A stretch of 64,000 nucleotides of DNA from Caecitellus pseudoparvulus (Eukaryota > Protista > Bigyra: Bicosoecida). The position numbers were made by a program, and so were the translations under genes. Where the stretch lies: contig CBFFRQ010000069.1 of NCBI GenBank assembly GCA_965644315.1, forward strand, positions 434,001 to 498,000, in the 5' to 3' direction. The notes below the pieces were generated by a model that had not been told where the DNA came from, made no database searches, and saw nothing but the letters and a program-made list of their open reading frames with translations. Positions 33,340-44,684 of this stretch are shown here, piece by piece (the first letter of the stretch is position 1; the number at the start of each line of letters is the position of its first letter).

Positions 33340-36300
33340 TTAGCGGCGATGCCCACCCGAACGCCTGGAGCGACCGCTTCTCCCACCTGCACCTCTCCTT
33401 CCCCCCCTCCTACCTCCCCGGCCTCCCCTGCCACGCCCACCCTCGGACCTGGGGCTTCGGTGCTGATGTCCAGAGCGTGAAGTTGAGGTGGAGCCACCCT
33501 CGTTGCTGACCTGTGCGGGTTGACTATCCCTCCAAGAGTCTATGCTGGAGGACCTGGACCGGGTTCGAGCCCCGCGTCTCGTGTGTTGCTGCTGTGGGGA
33601 GGGGGCAGCAGCACCTGCAGCCGCATCGCGCCAACTCATTGCCATCCCACCCCCCCTTGCCCCAGAGGAAGGTGTGCCCAGCACTGCGCGTGGACTCCCC
33701 AGGGAAGACGCATGGCTGCTTGGTGTGCGGGGCGTTCCCGGGCCTGCGGCAGCTGATCGGGCAGTAACTGTGCTAAAGTTCCACCTCTTGCTGTGCTCGT
33801 TGATGCAGGCAATGGACTTGTCCAGCAAGCGCACGAATCGCTCTGCAGAGCCATCTGAGTCGGCATCAGGCTCGGACTCCCTCCAACTTTCGAGACATTC
33901 TTTCAGAGAGTCCCCTGTTTCAGCCAAGGACCTGAGATAGTTGCTGACATACTTTTGTATACCTTCATGGTGGCCTAACGGGAGCACTAGCGACAGGCAC
34001 ATGCGTGCCGCGTGGGCTGCGCGTGAGGCACCCACAAGTCTCGATGCTGGGGTGGCAGTTTGCCTTCCTGCGTCGTGCAAGGCAGAGCCCAGCTCCTTAA
34101 AAACACTCACAATGTCATTGAAGCGGTGTCCAATGGTCTTAGTGTGTGTGAAGGTGTCTACGAGCATGGACGTCGCCAGTTGGGGAGCAGCGTACCCTTT
34201 GATTGTGTGGGGAATGGCACGATCTGGGACGAAAACTGTGGGGCAGGCAGCTGGAGCTGTGATGGGAGTTGCTCCTTTCCATGTGTCCCAGCCATGTTCC
34301 CACCAAGCAAGCTGGTTGGGCCAGGCAGGCACTGCTGCGTGCGGAATGGGTGTCGCAGGTGACGGTGTGGCCTCAGCTGGGGCGACTCCCTCAGGCGCGG
34401 GAGAAAGCGACACTTCCATGACCAAGTCCACTGTGCCGACAAGGGCAGCAGCCGCGACAGCCGTTTCGACTCGACGGTGCAAAGCGTCTGGGAAGGCGAA
34501 AAGCTCTCGTTCAAGCCTGCTTGCTTTAGACAAGGCGAAGGGGCGTCCCGTTCCTGGGGTCACGCCACCCCTCCCAGTGCGCAGGCGGATTTCTAGCGCT
34601 GCCGCTCCAGGTATGCTTGGCCTTGCGATGAGGGTGGCGATGTCCGTCTCGGGAGGAACAAGGAAAGTCGAGCGCCACCAGACTGGTGTCGACTGCTGCA
34701 CCGCAGTCAAGTTGGCGAGCAAGCGATGGCCACACATGTACAGTGCATGGGCAAGGACAGACCCTGCCACTGGGCTGTGCAGCGTGCAAGTTTGCGTCTG
34801 AGACACGCTTTCGCTGTTGAAGTGCGTGGAGGAGTGAGCTGTCCGGACAGACTCATCTCCTCGCTTGTCCCTTGGCAAGGCATGCCAGACCACTTCGAAC
34901 TGCGAGTGCAGGGTACCACCATCCCCTCCCTGCGCCCCAGACACTGTGGACTCCTCCAAGTCGAACAGCTGCATCATAGCGCGGAGCAAAGGGTCTGGGC
35001 AGCATGAAAGTGAGCTGAGCTCACCTGCCAGGGAGGCCGTCGTGGACAATGGGGGTGTCTTCGGGGAAACCAGGCCCTGGCTCGAGGGGCCGCCTTGGCA
35101 GCCCAGGGACTGGACCACGATGCGGAGGGCTCTCTCAGAGCAGGAAGGGAAGATGCGGCGCTGGAGTGGGTGCTGCCGAGTCCACATTTTCGATGGGCAG
35201 CAGGAGCCCAGATTCCTAGCCATCAGCAAGCACTGCATGGCTTGAGCATCTGCGACCTCTTTCGGCACCATCCCATCGAACGTCTGCAGCATTGCTTCCA
35301 GCTCCTGCATGGTCGTGTCACCTCCAACTGAGGGTGGGGCGGAGGGGGCTGCGGAACGGTCGGGCGTGGAGAGCCCTGGCAATCTTGACCAGGCTGCGGC
35401 GAGCTCGATGAGAGCATTGGCAATGAAGTCAGTGTGCTTGTGCAACATGTGCCGGAAGCCCCCCGTCACCCCGACGCAGCTGCTGCTCACTGGGGCCTCC
35501 AGCTTCTCCAACAGGTGCAAAGCCCTGCGATCCAGTGCCGCCGGGTCTTGGCGAGCACACTTGCGCAGGAAGTCTTCCAATGGCTCCTTTGGATCGAACT
35601 CTCCCACCAGCTCAACTGGTGATGGACCATGCCCCGTGCCTCTGAGCGCTCCGTCCCCTGCAGCCGCCGCGGCTGCTGAAGGCCTGGTCATGGCGTTCTG
35701 GTTGATGCCCCATTTCCCCGACACGGAGTTGATGGCAAGCAGGCTATTGAACTCTTCGTCAGACTCGTCCTCCATGGGATCTGTGGTGTCCACGGCACCT
35801 GACATGCTCGCTGACGATTCTCTCAGGGAAGACATCATGCGAAGGATCGGGGGTGCAGCATGCTGGTCCAAGCGAGTCGCTGCCCGTCCCCGAATGGCAG
35901 CGCTCAGGGCAGGGGCGTAGTGCGCGGTGTTCAGAAAAGCCATTGTGAGGGGGGCTACCTGGCTCTGGCGGGAGGATGTGCGGCGGAGGGGCGTCGCGCT
36001 CCCAGCTCCAGTGCTCTTGGCTCTGAACATGAGCACGGGGTCCCCCACAGGGCAAGGTGTACTAGGTGTCCTCGGGCTGGTTCCGTGGCCGGGAGAACTG
36101 AGAATGCCCCTTCCCAGAACCGGAGGCGAAGGGAAGCTCGAAGGGCCTCCCAGGGCTGATGTCCCTTCACCGTGCTGGACAGGCAGCAACACAGAGCACG
36201 GCCCGCGCCATTGACTCTCAGGCATGCGTGCTATGTCAGAGTCCCACACGCGCTCATGCTGCAACAAGGGCAGGAAGGAATGCAGCGCCACAACTATACT

Positions 36301-39300
36301 CGCTGCCTGGAAAGCCCAAGCTGTCATGTGCACGAGCAAAGCGCGGGGTGGCAGAGCATTGGGCGGAGCTGCCATGAGGCGAACCATCGCGTGGAAGCCG
36401 TTCCCGGCAGTGTAGCCCTGAAAAGGTCGCTTGATGTGATGCACTACGTCTGCGATTACTGGGACGTCCCCCTTGCTTGTCCTACCCCCCCTCTTGTGCG
36501 TCTGCCTGCCCCCCTGGCTCCTCATGTTGCGCACCCTCTGAAGCAAAGTGTTCAGGTAGTGGGCGAGGCTGTCCACAGAGTGTGTGTTCACGCAGACCGA
36601 GTGGTGCTGAATGGTAGCTTGATCCACGCCCTGAAAACCCCTCCTTCGCCATCGTGCCAGCTGAACCAGCGCTTTGTTGTGAGATGGGGACTGCATGAGG
36701 ACCTGCTCCAGCAACCCGAGGCTGCGCTTGACATCTTCGGCGCCACCGGGTTTGTGCCGGTTCAGCCAAATAGCAAAGTCTTTCTTGCTGTTCATGTGGG
36801 AAGATGTGAGGTTCGTGGCATGCTCGAACAGGGCGACGATGGCTGCTTTCATGTAGTCATCGCTGGTTTCGTGGGGGCTGCCTTCCCGAGGCATGTGCAG
36901 GCTGAGCAGGTACGGGCGGTTCACACAAGATCTCAGCTGGCATGCTGCGTAATAGACACTGCGTGCATGATTGGGATTGACACGGATGGCCTGTGCGTAT
37001 AGTTTGGTCGCTTCGTCCTCGCGACCCAGCACATCTTGTAGCAGGAACGCGTAGTTTGCCAGGGTTTGGACGTGTGTCGCGCAGCGCATGAGAGCGGCGT
37101 CAAAGCACTGCGCTGCCAGGCGCCCCAATCTGAGTCCTTCAGGAGTGCCAGCACGCTGCCGGGCCCTGATGAACAGGGCCGTGCCCTGTGCATACCGCAT
37201 GAGGGGCGACTGCTTGATCACGGGCTCCGACGCAGCTACATCCACGTCTCCGAACGGCTGAGGCCCGGCAAAGAAAGCATCAGGGTCGCGTTGAATGTGG
37301 TGCAAGGTGCGGTGCTGCAGCTGCAGGCCACAAGTTGCCCGCAAACGCTCCAACAGAAGCACTGGGTTGACGTACTGGCGCAGCTGGTCCACTTGCTCCA
37401 GTCGAAGGCAGGCATGCACGTCATTCTGGAAGAGGCTGGACGCAACAGCCGTCTGCTCGACTTCATCATGGTCATTGACGGTGGTGTGCCCGCCTTCGAA
37501 GTCTGGAGTGGCAGCGATGCCGAACTTCACCAACAGTTTGTTGCCCATGTGGCGCTTCCAGAAGGCATCGCACTTTGCCTGCGTCGCAGAGCCGTCCCCA
37601 GCCGCCATTTCCTGCATGTCATCCCCGCTCTGCCGGGCTGCATAGCTGGCTTTCGTCATGAAGGCAAAAATGCGGTTCAAAACCCGGACTGTCGCGCGCC
37701 TGTACGGCTCGATCACCGCCACAGCCCGCGTTGGGTGTGACAAGGCCAAGCAGCTCACAAGCGACTGGTCTGTTTGAAGTCGGGCAGCCACGCCCCGCAT
37801 GGCCCTGCGCCAGAGATTCTTGGCAATGCGTGCGACCATCTCCGTCATGAGGTATCCCCTGAAGGTGCTGTCTTGGGCACAGGCAAAGACGCGGCCCATG
37901 TGACGAATGTTGATGCCATGGGCATGCATGGAGGCACCAATGCCGACGAGCGTGCTGGCTGCCACATCGTAGCTTGGGCGCACAATGTTGCTGGCGCTCT
38001 CGGACACTGCTGGCGGTGGCTCAGGGTGACGAGGGGACACGTCGGTGGCGGCGGGTGCGCTTTCAACCGCTTTCGGAGCGTGGCCACACACTTCCATTGC
38101 TGTGCGCACCAGGAGCGAGGTGGCCGCGGCAGCTTTGGCTGTGAGCATCTGCCATGGCAATGGGGTCGTGTCCGGGAGTACGATCGACAAGAACCGTCGG
38201 TTGCGGCCGCCATCTTTGGTGGGAAACTGCATGTCCACCGAGTCCGCGCTGCGGCTTTCTGCAAACGAGGGGTGCTTGGCAGGCTGGCTGGACTCTGCGG
38301 CTGGCATCGCCTCGGTGAAAGAGTGCACCATGCGGTCCATCTTGGCTGCAAACTCGGGGATGATGCGAGTGGTCAGCCGGTCAAAGGCTTCCCGCACGGC
38401 AGCCTCGTGCCGGGGGGCATCCTCTGCACCCACCACAAATGGACTGAAGGCATCGGAAGAGAGCGGGACCGGATTCGACTTCACCAGCTCCGGTCGCAGG
38501 TGCCACACCAAGTACGCTGACGCTGCACGTGTGCCGCCGGCACCGCCTTGTCGGCTCTCCATCGTCAAGTCCCGGGGCGGCTCGGGTGGAAACAGGCGTG
38601 CAGCATCAACACAGTAGTACCGCCCGTCACCCCCCCCCGCTGCGCTGCGCTCGCCACCTGGGCCATGCGAACGATGAATCTCGATGTCAATGGGCCCATG
38701 CATGTCGAAGGAGCCCAGCGCCTGGGCACTACCAGCGGCACCGTCGTAGTGTGACTGCACAGCGAGGCCGCCGCTCAAGACTCGCCGGGAGTCCTTGTCC
38801 AGCACTTTGTGTGTGGCCAAGTTCAAACCCACGGCAGTTTCTTTCATGAGGCGCTCAGCTTCAGGGTCTCTGGCCGTGTTCTGGCCAGCGTCACGGGAGC
38901 CGTACACGAGGGTGTCGGCTGGCCCAGCTCTGGACGCAATCGGAAGGAGGGACATGACTGTCAGCCGGAACCCGAGGTGGTCGATGAGCATGCACAGGGG
39001 CAGGCGCAGGGACAGGTCTGTAGCAGTGCTGCCGGAGCCTGTGCCGCACACTGTTGCGCCTGCCACACCGTTGCCCACTTGCCGCAGGTGCATCAGGCCC
39101 CGCAGCGTGTGCCCTGCCTCCTTCGCTGCCGCCTCACCGGAGCCATACATGGAGTGCTGGTCCGTGGGGAACTTGAACAGCATGCCACCCACAACGAACT
39201 TCGTCCCACCCGCCTGCCCCATGCCGGACAAGGGCTTCACAGACTTCCGCTCGTATGGCACCGCGTGCTCTGCGATGATGAGGCGCCCATACAGACTGGC

Positions 39301-39678
39301 GGCGTGCTGGAAGTCTTGCGTCAATGTCGTCAGCTCCTCAAAGTGACTGGCCTCTGACAGCACCGTTTCGTCCGAAATGTTGTCCAGGATCGCCTGGAAG
39401 CGGGTGTTGAAGGAGCAAGCCTCCACCGACGTGTCTAGGCCAGGCTGCGCAGCCTGTGCGGGCGTCTGCTCAGCAGGGATGGACGGGGGCTTCACCCAAG
39501 CCCCCTTGGCCCCACTCGGAGGTGCGGGGTGTCCCAGTACACCCGGCGGGTTGGTCCTGATTGGCGCGGGTCTGCCAGCGACAGTAGCGGACGCACTGGC
39601 ACCAGCAGTCCCCTGACTGGCGGCTGGGCTTGCCGCGGCACGACCCGGGGTGCTGGTCGGGACACCCCAGCCGCTCAT
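33340..39678 (-). CDS. Clu-domain protein with TPRs and C-terminal RGG tail
   Basis: GQAGGTKF...FKF, AAKEAGHTLRG, IDHLGFRL, LVYGS.D.G, DGRYY.VD.AR.FPPE, LRPELV, PLSSDAFS, MHAHGINIRHMG, EMVAR..K; TPR LANYAFLL. Confidence 0.85.
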   Translation of the reverse strand: MSGWGVPTSTPGRAAASPAASQGTAGASASATVAGRPAPIRTNPPGVLGHPAPPSGAKGAWVKPPSIPAEQTPAQAAQPGLDTSVEACSFNTRFQAILDNISDETVLSEASHFEELTTLTQDFQHAASLYGRLIIAEHAVPYERKSVKPLSGMGQAGGTKFVVGGMLFKFPTDQHSMYGSGEAAAKEAGHTLRGLMHLRQVGNGVAGATVCGTGSGSTATDLSLRLPLCMLIDHLGFRLTVMSLLPIASRAGPADTLVYGSRDAGQNTARDPEAERLMKETAVGLNLATHKVLDKDSRRVLSGGLAVQSHYDGAAGSAQALGSFDMHGPIDIEIHRSHGPGGERSAAGGGDGRYYCVDAARLFPPEPPRDLTMESRQGGAGGTRAASAYLVWHLRPELVKSNPVPLSSDAFSPFVVGAEDAPRHEAAVREAFDRLTTRIIPEFAAKMDRMVHSFTEAMPAAESSQPAKHPSFAESRSADSVDMQFPTKDGGRNRRFLSIVLPDTTPLPWQMLTAKAAAATSLLVRTAMEVCGHAPKAVESAPAATDVSPRHPEPPPAVSESASNIVRPSYDVAASTLVGIGASMHAHGINIRHMGRVFACAQDSTFRGYLMTEMVARIAKNLWRRAMRGVAARLQTDQSLVSCLALSHPTRAVAVIEPYRRATVRVLNRIFAFMTKASYAARQSGDDMQEMAAGDGSATQAKCDAFWKRHMGNKLLVKFGIAATPDFEGGHTTVNDHDEVEQTAVASSLFQNDVHACLRLEQVDQLRQYVNPVLLLERLRATCGLQLQHRTLHHIQRDPDAFFAGPQPFGDVDVAASEPVIKQSPLMRYAQGTALFIRARQRAGTPEGLRLGRLAAQCFDAALMRCATHVQTLANYAFLLQDVLGREDEATKLYAQAIRVNPNHARSVYYAACQLRSCVNRPYLLSLHMPREGSPHETSDDYMKAAIVALFEHATNLTSSHMNSKKDFAIWLNRHKPGGAEDVKRSLGLLEQVLMQSPSHNKALVQLARWRRRGFQGVDQATIQHHSVCVNTHSVDSLAHYLNTLLQRVRNMRSQGGRQTHKRGGRTSKGDVPVIADVVHHIKRPFQGYTAGNGFHAMVRLMAAPPNALPPRALLVHMTAWAFQAASIVVALHSFLPLLQHERVWDSDIARMPESQWRGPCSVLLPVQHGEGTSALGGPSSFPSPPVLGRGILSSPGHGTSPRTPSTPCPVGDPVLMFRAKSTGAGSATPLRRTSSRQSQVAPLTMAFLNTAHYAPALSAAIRGRAATRLDQHAAPPILRMMSSLRESSASMSGAVDTTDPMEDESDEEFNSLLAINSVSGKWGINQNAMTRPSAAAAAAGDGALRGTGHGPSPVELVGEFDPKEPLEDFLRKCARQDPAALDRRALHLLEKLEAPVSSSCVGVTGGFRHMLHKHTDFIANALIELAAAWSRLPGLSTPDRSAAPSAPPSVGGDTTMQELEAMLQTFDGMVPKEVADAQAMQCLLMARNLGSCCPSKMWTRQHPLQRRIFPSCSERALRIVVQSLGCQGGPSSQGLVSPKTPPLSTTASLAGELSSLSCCPDPLLRAMMQLFDLEESTVSGAQGGDGGTLHSQFEVVWHALPRDKRGDESVRTAHSSTHFNSESVSQTQTCTLHSPVAGSVLAHALYMCGHRLLANLTAVQQSTPVWWRSTFLVPPETDIATLIARPSIPGAAALEIRLRTGRGGVTPGTGRPFALSKASRLERELFAFPDALHRRVETAVAAAALVGTVDLVMEVSLSPAPEGVAPAEATPSPATPIPHAAVPAWPNQLAWWEHGWDTWKGATPITAPAACPTVFVPDRAIPHTIKGYAAPQLATSMLVDTFTHTKTIGHRFNDIVSVFKELGSALHDAGRQTATPASRLVGASRAAHAARMCLSLVLPLGHHEGIQKYVSNYLRSLAETGDSLKECLESWRESEPDADSDGSAERFVRLLDKSIACINEHSKRWNFSTVTARSAAAGPGTPRTPSSHASSLGSPRAVLGTPSSGARGGGMAMSWRDAAAGAAAPSPQQQHTRRGARTRSRSSSIDSWRDSQPAQVSNEGGSTSTSRSGHQHRSPRSEGGRGRGGRGGRRGGRRGAGGRSGRSRRSGGHRR

Positions 39679-39963
39679 GCCAACTTCAGTATTCGGCAGC
39701 AATGCGAGGTTCGCAGCCCGCTTGATGCAGGCGCTGCTGCGGTGATTGTGTGGCAGGTTTAGCTGTCAAATTCCGCACCTGTGCCTGCAGCCCCCTTGCG
39801 CAAGGCGTGTGGCTCTGCAGTGGTGTGGGCGGGATTTCAAAATTCACACATGCTACCTAGACAACGGCGGGATTATGTCGTTCTGGGTCGTTTTGCTGGT
39901 CAGGCGCCTGCATCCGACTTTGCCTTGACACACTGCTCCACCACGCCAACACTGCAGAGCACC

Positions 39964-41484
39964 ATGCCGCTTCAGTGTGCAATCATCTGGTGCGGACACG
40001 GTGGCAGTAGAGCTGCCTGGCATGCCCCGTTGCACGCCATTATGTGCCCGCTTACCCTCGCAGCTTGGACACAAGCGAGCACATGAGGAATGGCGACTTC
40101 TTCCCGACACGTTTGGAGGCCCAGTACGACGCAGTGAACATGCTGGCCGGGGTCATCTTGAATGACAACCCAGAGAGCACCGCTGGTTTGGCTGTGCATG
40201 GTGGTGATCGGTGCGTACCGGCGGGATGGCGGGGCACAGCGTGAGGCGCGCTTAGGCAGACTGCGCCACTGCACTCCTTGCTCTGCGCAGCGTGGAGGTC
40301 AAGCAGTCGCCTACAGACGACCAGGGCACGCTTCTCGCATCCCTGCACGGCATCAAGTCTGGAGGGACAGGGGACCTCTTGAAGTGCATTAAGATCGCCA
40401 TGGTGCGTGCGCTGGCGGCAGTGACTGACGCCGAGTTTGCTGGCGTTGCGGCACGTTGCCTGTGGCACCTCGCAGCTCGCTTTGAAGCACCGCAAGAACA
40501 AGAACGGATCAAAGCGCATCATAATCTTCGTGGGCAGTCCAGTGGAGTACCCCACCCTGAAATTGAAGAAGCAGGCGGCCAAGCTGAAGAAGAACAACGT
40601 GCGTGCGCGTGCGCTGGCGTTTCATGCTGGCAGCGGGCGTAACGCAATGCTTGTCTTGCCGTGTGCAGGTCATCCTGGACATCATCAGCATTGGGGAGAG
40701 CGCAGACAACAGGGAGAAGCTCCAGACAATGGTCGATGCAGCTGGTGACCAGTCCCACCTCGTGGAGATCCCGGTGGGATCCTACCCCACTGACATTCTA
40801 GCGTCCTCTCCCATCATGGGCGGGGCTGGCGGGGCTGCGGCGGGGCGCTTCGCAGGCGGCGTTGACTCGCACGCTGACCCCGAGATGGCCACAGCCATCC
40901 AGGCCTCCCTTGCCGCTGCACGCCAGGCCGCTGGCGAAGACGGCGCCGGGGAAGGCGGCGGCCAGGCCCCACATGGCGGCACGGCTGACGACGACGAGCT
41001 GCAGCGCGCGCTGGCCGCAAGCATGGCCATGATGGGCGGCGGCGGCGGCGAAGACGACATGGACGCTGAGCTTGCCGCGGCCATCGCTGCCTCCATGGCG
41101 CCTGCAGGGGGAGACGACGCGGAGGCTTCCCCAGCTGGGGACGCCACGCTGGCTGACCCGTCCACTGTGCAGCAGGGGGCAGGGCACGCGGAGGACGCAG
41201 GGGATGCTGGAAGCTCGGAGCAGGATGCGGCTGCCGCCCCCGCCCCCGATGCAGCAGAGCCCGAGGGCGCCTCCACGGCCTTCGCCGGCATTGAGGACCC
41301 CGCCTTCATGGCGAGTTTGCTGGGCGGCCTGCCTGGCGTTGACCTGGACAACCCTGAGATCCAGCAGGCCATGGCCAGCGTAGCTGCTGCAGCAGGGCAG
41401 CAGGCGGAGCAGGTCGCGGAGGGCAAGGGCGACGACGAGGACGAGGAGCAGGAGGGGGGGGATGAGGAGGGTAAGGGCAAGTGA
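39964..41484 (+). CDS. RPN10: 26S proteasome subunit RPN10/PSMD4 (4 introns)
   Basis: DTSEHMRNGDFFPTRLEAQ, NPEST.GL, LALKHRKNK..KRIIIFVGSP; UIM motifs DPEMATAIQASL and ELQRALAASM; LGGLPGVD. Confidence 0.95.
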
Positions 41485-41663
41485 GTCGAGCGGGGGGGCA
41501 GTGGGTGCGCAGGGGCAAAACCTGCCCACGCAATGCATGGAAGGCACTTGCAACAGCCTTTAGCGTGCCGCCCCACAGCTGGCCGACAGCGTCACGGTGC
41601 TGGAGTGCCTTGTCCCTCCTGCACTGTCGCGCGTGCTCGCCACAGACTTCCACCGCGGCAAGC

Positions 41664-44621
41664 ATGGGGAACACACAGACACACCCCCGTCTTGGGACGG
41701 CCGACCTTGCACAGGCATGCAGTCTGCTGCGCAGCGTGGACATCCCCGAGCGTGTGCCGCTGCACTTCTGGTCTGTGTTTTGGGACGCACCAGACAGCGC
41801 CACTGAGGTGTACAGCATGATCCAGCCGGAGGGCGTGAGGGCCATCCTACAGCACTTCCCTCGCAACATGGCCCGGCTCTTCTGTGCGGTGCGTGCCAGT
41901 GTGCTGTGCGCCCCCCTCCTGGGTCTCTGCCGCCCGCTGTGCTCAAGGGCTGGCATGGGGGAGCTTGCGGGGAAACGCCACCGCAACGCTGCACAGGGAT
42001 CACCCGCGCCCTCCCTCGACGTGCGCACAGGTTGCCGGAAAACTCTCCTCCCTCACAAGCAAGAGTGATAGCTGGACCCCCGCCGATGTTCGCGCTGCGC
42101 TGAACAGCGTGCGTGTTGTGCCTGTGCGCAGCGCAAGCAGCACCCCAAGCACTGGTTTCCTGGCCCTCCATTTCAGGCCCGCCTCATCACTCGAGCACTG
42201 CCCATCGTCTTCGAAGCCCCCGACAGCGCATTTCAGCAGGACTTTCTGTGGGGCAACCGCCTTCCACCTTCAGCCGCAGGAGCACTGGAAGCTCAGCAGG
42301 CTGCGCTTGTGTCGCCAGATGGCGGCGTGGCCGAGACGAAGAGCGAGCCGGTGCCTGCAGGGGAGGCAAGTGAGGCTGCGTGGACGAGCCTTGCTGACAT
42401 CCTCGAGGCTGCCAAGGCTCAGTCCATTGAAGGTGGCCACGAGCAGGCTTCTGACAGCGCAGAGGCAGCAGTGCAGCAGGTGGCCCAGTCCGCAGCCGCC
42501 GACCATGCGTTTCAGGAGCTGACGACTCTCGCCCTCGACGTGCCCGTTGGCAAGCAGCTGTGCCACAGCGTGCTGCGCATGTGCTTTGCACCAGGCTTGG
42601 GCGTGGACCCACGAGGCTGGAAGCTGTATCAGGAGCAGCTGGCTGACGGGGACGCTGGTGGCTCCGATGAGGCGAACTCAGTGTGGCCGTCCCTGCTGTG
42701 GTACGGAGGCCTGGGCTCGCCCCTGAAGCCCGCTACTTCGTACACGTTGGACAGCAACCGACAAGAGATCTTGCGCTGCCTCATCGCGCTCATGTCGGCG
42801 GAGCTGTACGTCGTGCCAGATCCTCGGTCTCCAGCACGGTCGCCTTTCTCCGATTCGTTGGTGGCTGCGGACGCCCCCTTCGCCCCCACGCTTTTCAGCT
42901 CCCTCATGAATGCTGCCGTGTCCATGGACCCCTCTGCCCTGTCCATCGTGCCCTACTCTGCAGCTTTCACGTCTGAGTACCCCGTCGTCACCGCCACACT
43001 GAGTCTGCAAGCACTGCTGTTGCTGTTGAATTACGCTCCGTCTGTGGAGGCAAGCAGCCCTGCACCGACACCAGATGCAGGCAGCCACACCGCTACAGAG
43101 GCTGCCGCTTTTGCAACCCACAGCGTGCCGGTGTTTAACCGCTTCAGGGTCATGCTGGCTGCGGTCAACAATCCGCTGGAATACTTCCTCATGTTCAAGG
43201 GCATTGTGACGCTGCTGCAGAACACACACGAGACAAAGGCGACGTGGCTCCCGCACACCGTCAGGGAGCTCAACGCTGAGCAAGAAGGCATCATTCTGCT
43301 GTGGAAGTGCCTGGATGAGAACCGGGGCTTCTTGCACTGGCTCCTCACGGCGCCGGAGGCGGACGTGAACGAGCTGGTGCGGCCTCTCTGCTTCTTGCTG
43401 TGGACAGGGCGCAAGAACCCAGCGCGTGTGGGCCTGATTAACATTTCCATCTTTGTCCTGCTGCTCTTGTCAGGGGAGCGGGAGTTCGCGGTGGCCCTGA
43501 ATGCCGCCTACGACGGCTCTTTGCCCGCCGACTTGCCAGCATTTGAAGGAAGCCATGCCGACTTGCTCGTCATCACCCTGCACAAGACTGTCGTGTCCTC
43601 CGACGCACGCATTGGCACGCTGTTCCCCTGCATCTTCACTATTCTGAACAACATCACCCCCTACACGAAAGGCTTGTGCCTGGTGGCAGCAGTCAAGTTA
43701 ACAGGACTCTTGGAGCTGTGTGCCGACCCGGACCTGCTGCTGGGCAACCCCAGCACGCCTACTTTCCTGAACAAGCTCCTCATGGCATTCAACAACATCG
43801 TGCAATACCAGTACAGCGGAAACTCACACGTCGTCTACGCCATGGTGAGGCGGGCTGACATCTTCTCAGCGCTGGCCAGGGTGCACAGCCTGGAGGACCT
43901 GCGGCGATTGACGGTGCAGTCTGCACCACCGCCGCTGGCTGCGCTGTCTGGGCCACCCGCCCCAACCGATGCGGCTGCCGCATCCTCGGCCACTGCAGGG
44001 GTACCTGCATCTCCCGTCGCCGCAGCTGCAACGGCACCCGTCACACCCTCATTCAACGCGCCACCTGACACGTCCGAAGCAACCCCCGCGCCATCTGACC
44101 AAGACGCGCCGGTACCGGCAAGTGCCGCGGTCCCCACGTCGGAAAGTGTGCAGCCTATCGCTGAGCCCAGTCAAGCTCTTGACCAGCCCGCCGAGGAGCA
44201 GGGCCCGCTTCCCGTCGTGCCAGGCAGCATCCCGCCAGCTGCGGCGCCCCCCGCACAAGAAGCGCAGCCAGGCCAGGAACACCTGACGGAGGAGTGGGCT
44301 GCTGGCTGGCTCCAAGAGATGCACAGCCACCTGCATGCCATCCATGCCATGCTGGGGCACTTGGTGCCGCGCGTCTCCAAGTTGCTGGCGGAGGGAGACG
44401 GCACTGTTGACGAGGGTGCCGTGCTTGCGTTTGTCCGGGACACCACCATGGTAGGCTTGCTGCCAGTGCCACACGCACTGGTCATGCACAAGTACACCGC
44501 AAACGAGTTCACACAACTGTGGTTCACGACGTTTCTGTGGGGAGTCGTCTTCCTGCGAAACCAGGAGTTTCCCATTTACGACACCCGCAAGATCAAGCTG
44601 TTTGCCATCGCTGTGGAATGA
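41664..44621 (+). CDS. HID1: HID1/Ecm30 (dymeclin superfamily); introns in the 5' part
   Basis: MGN start, FWSVFW, NRQEILRCL, LLLLSGEREFAVALN, FNNIVQYQYSGNSHVVY, WFTTFLWGVVFLRN...IKLF. Confidence 0.9.
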
Positions 44622-44684
44622 GCCAGAGCTGCAGAGGGGGAGGCCAATGCAGTCTACAAAGCACCTGCATGATGCATTGCTCCG

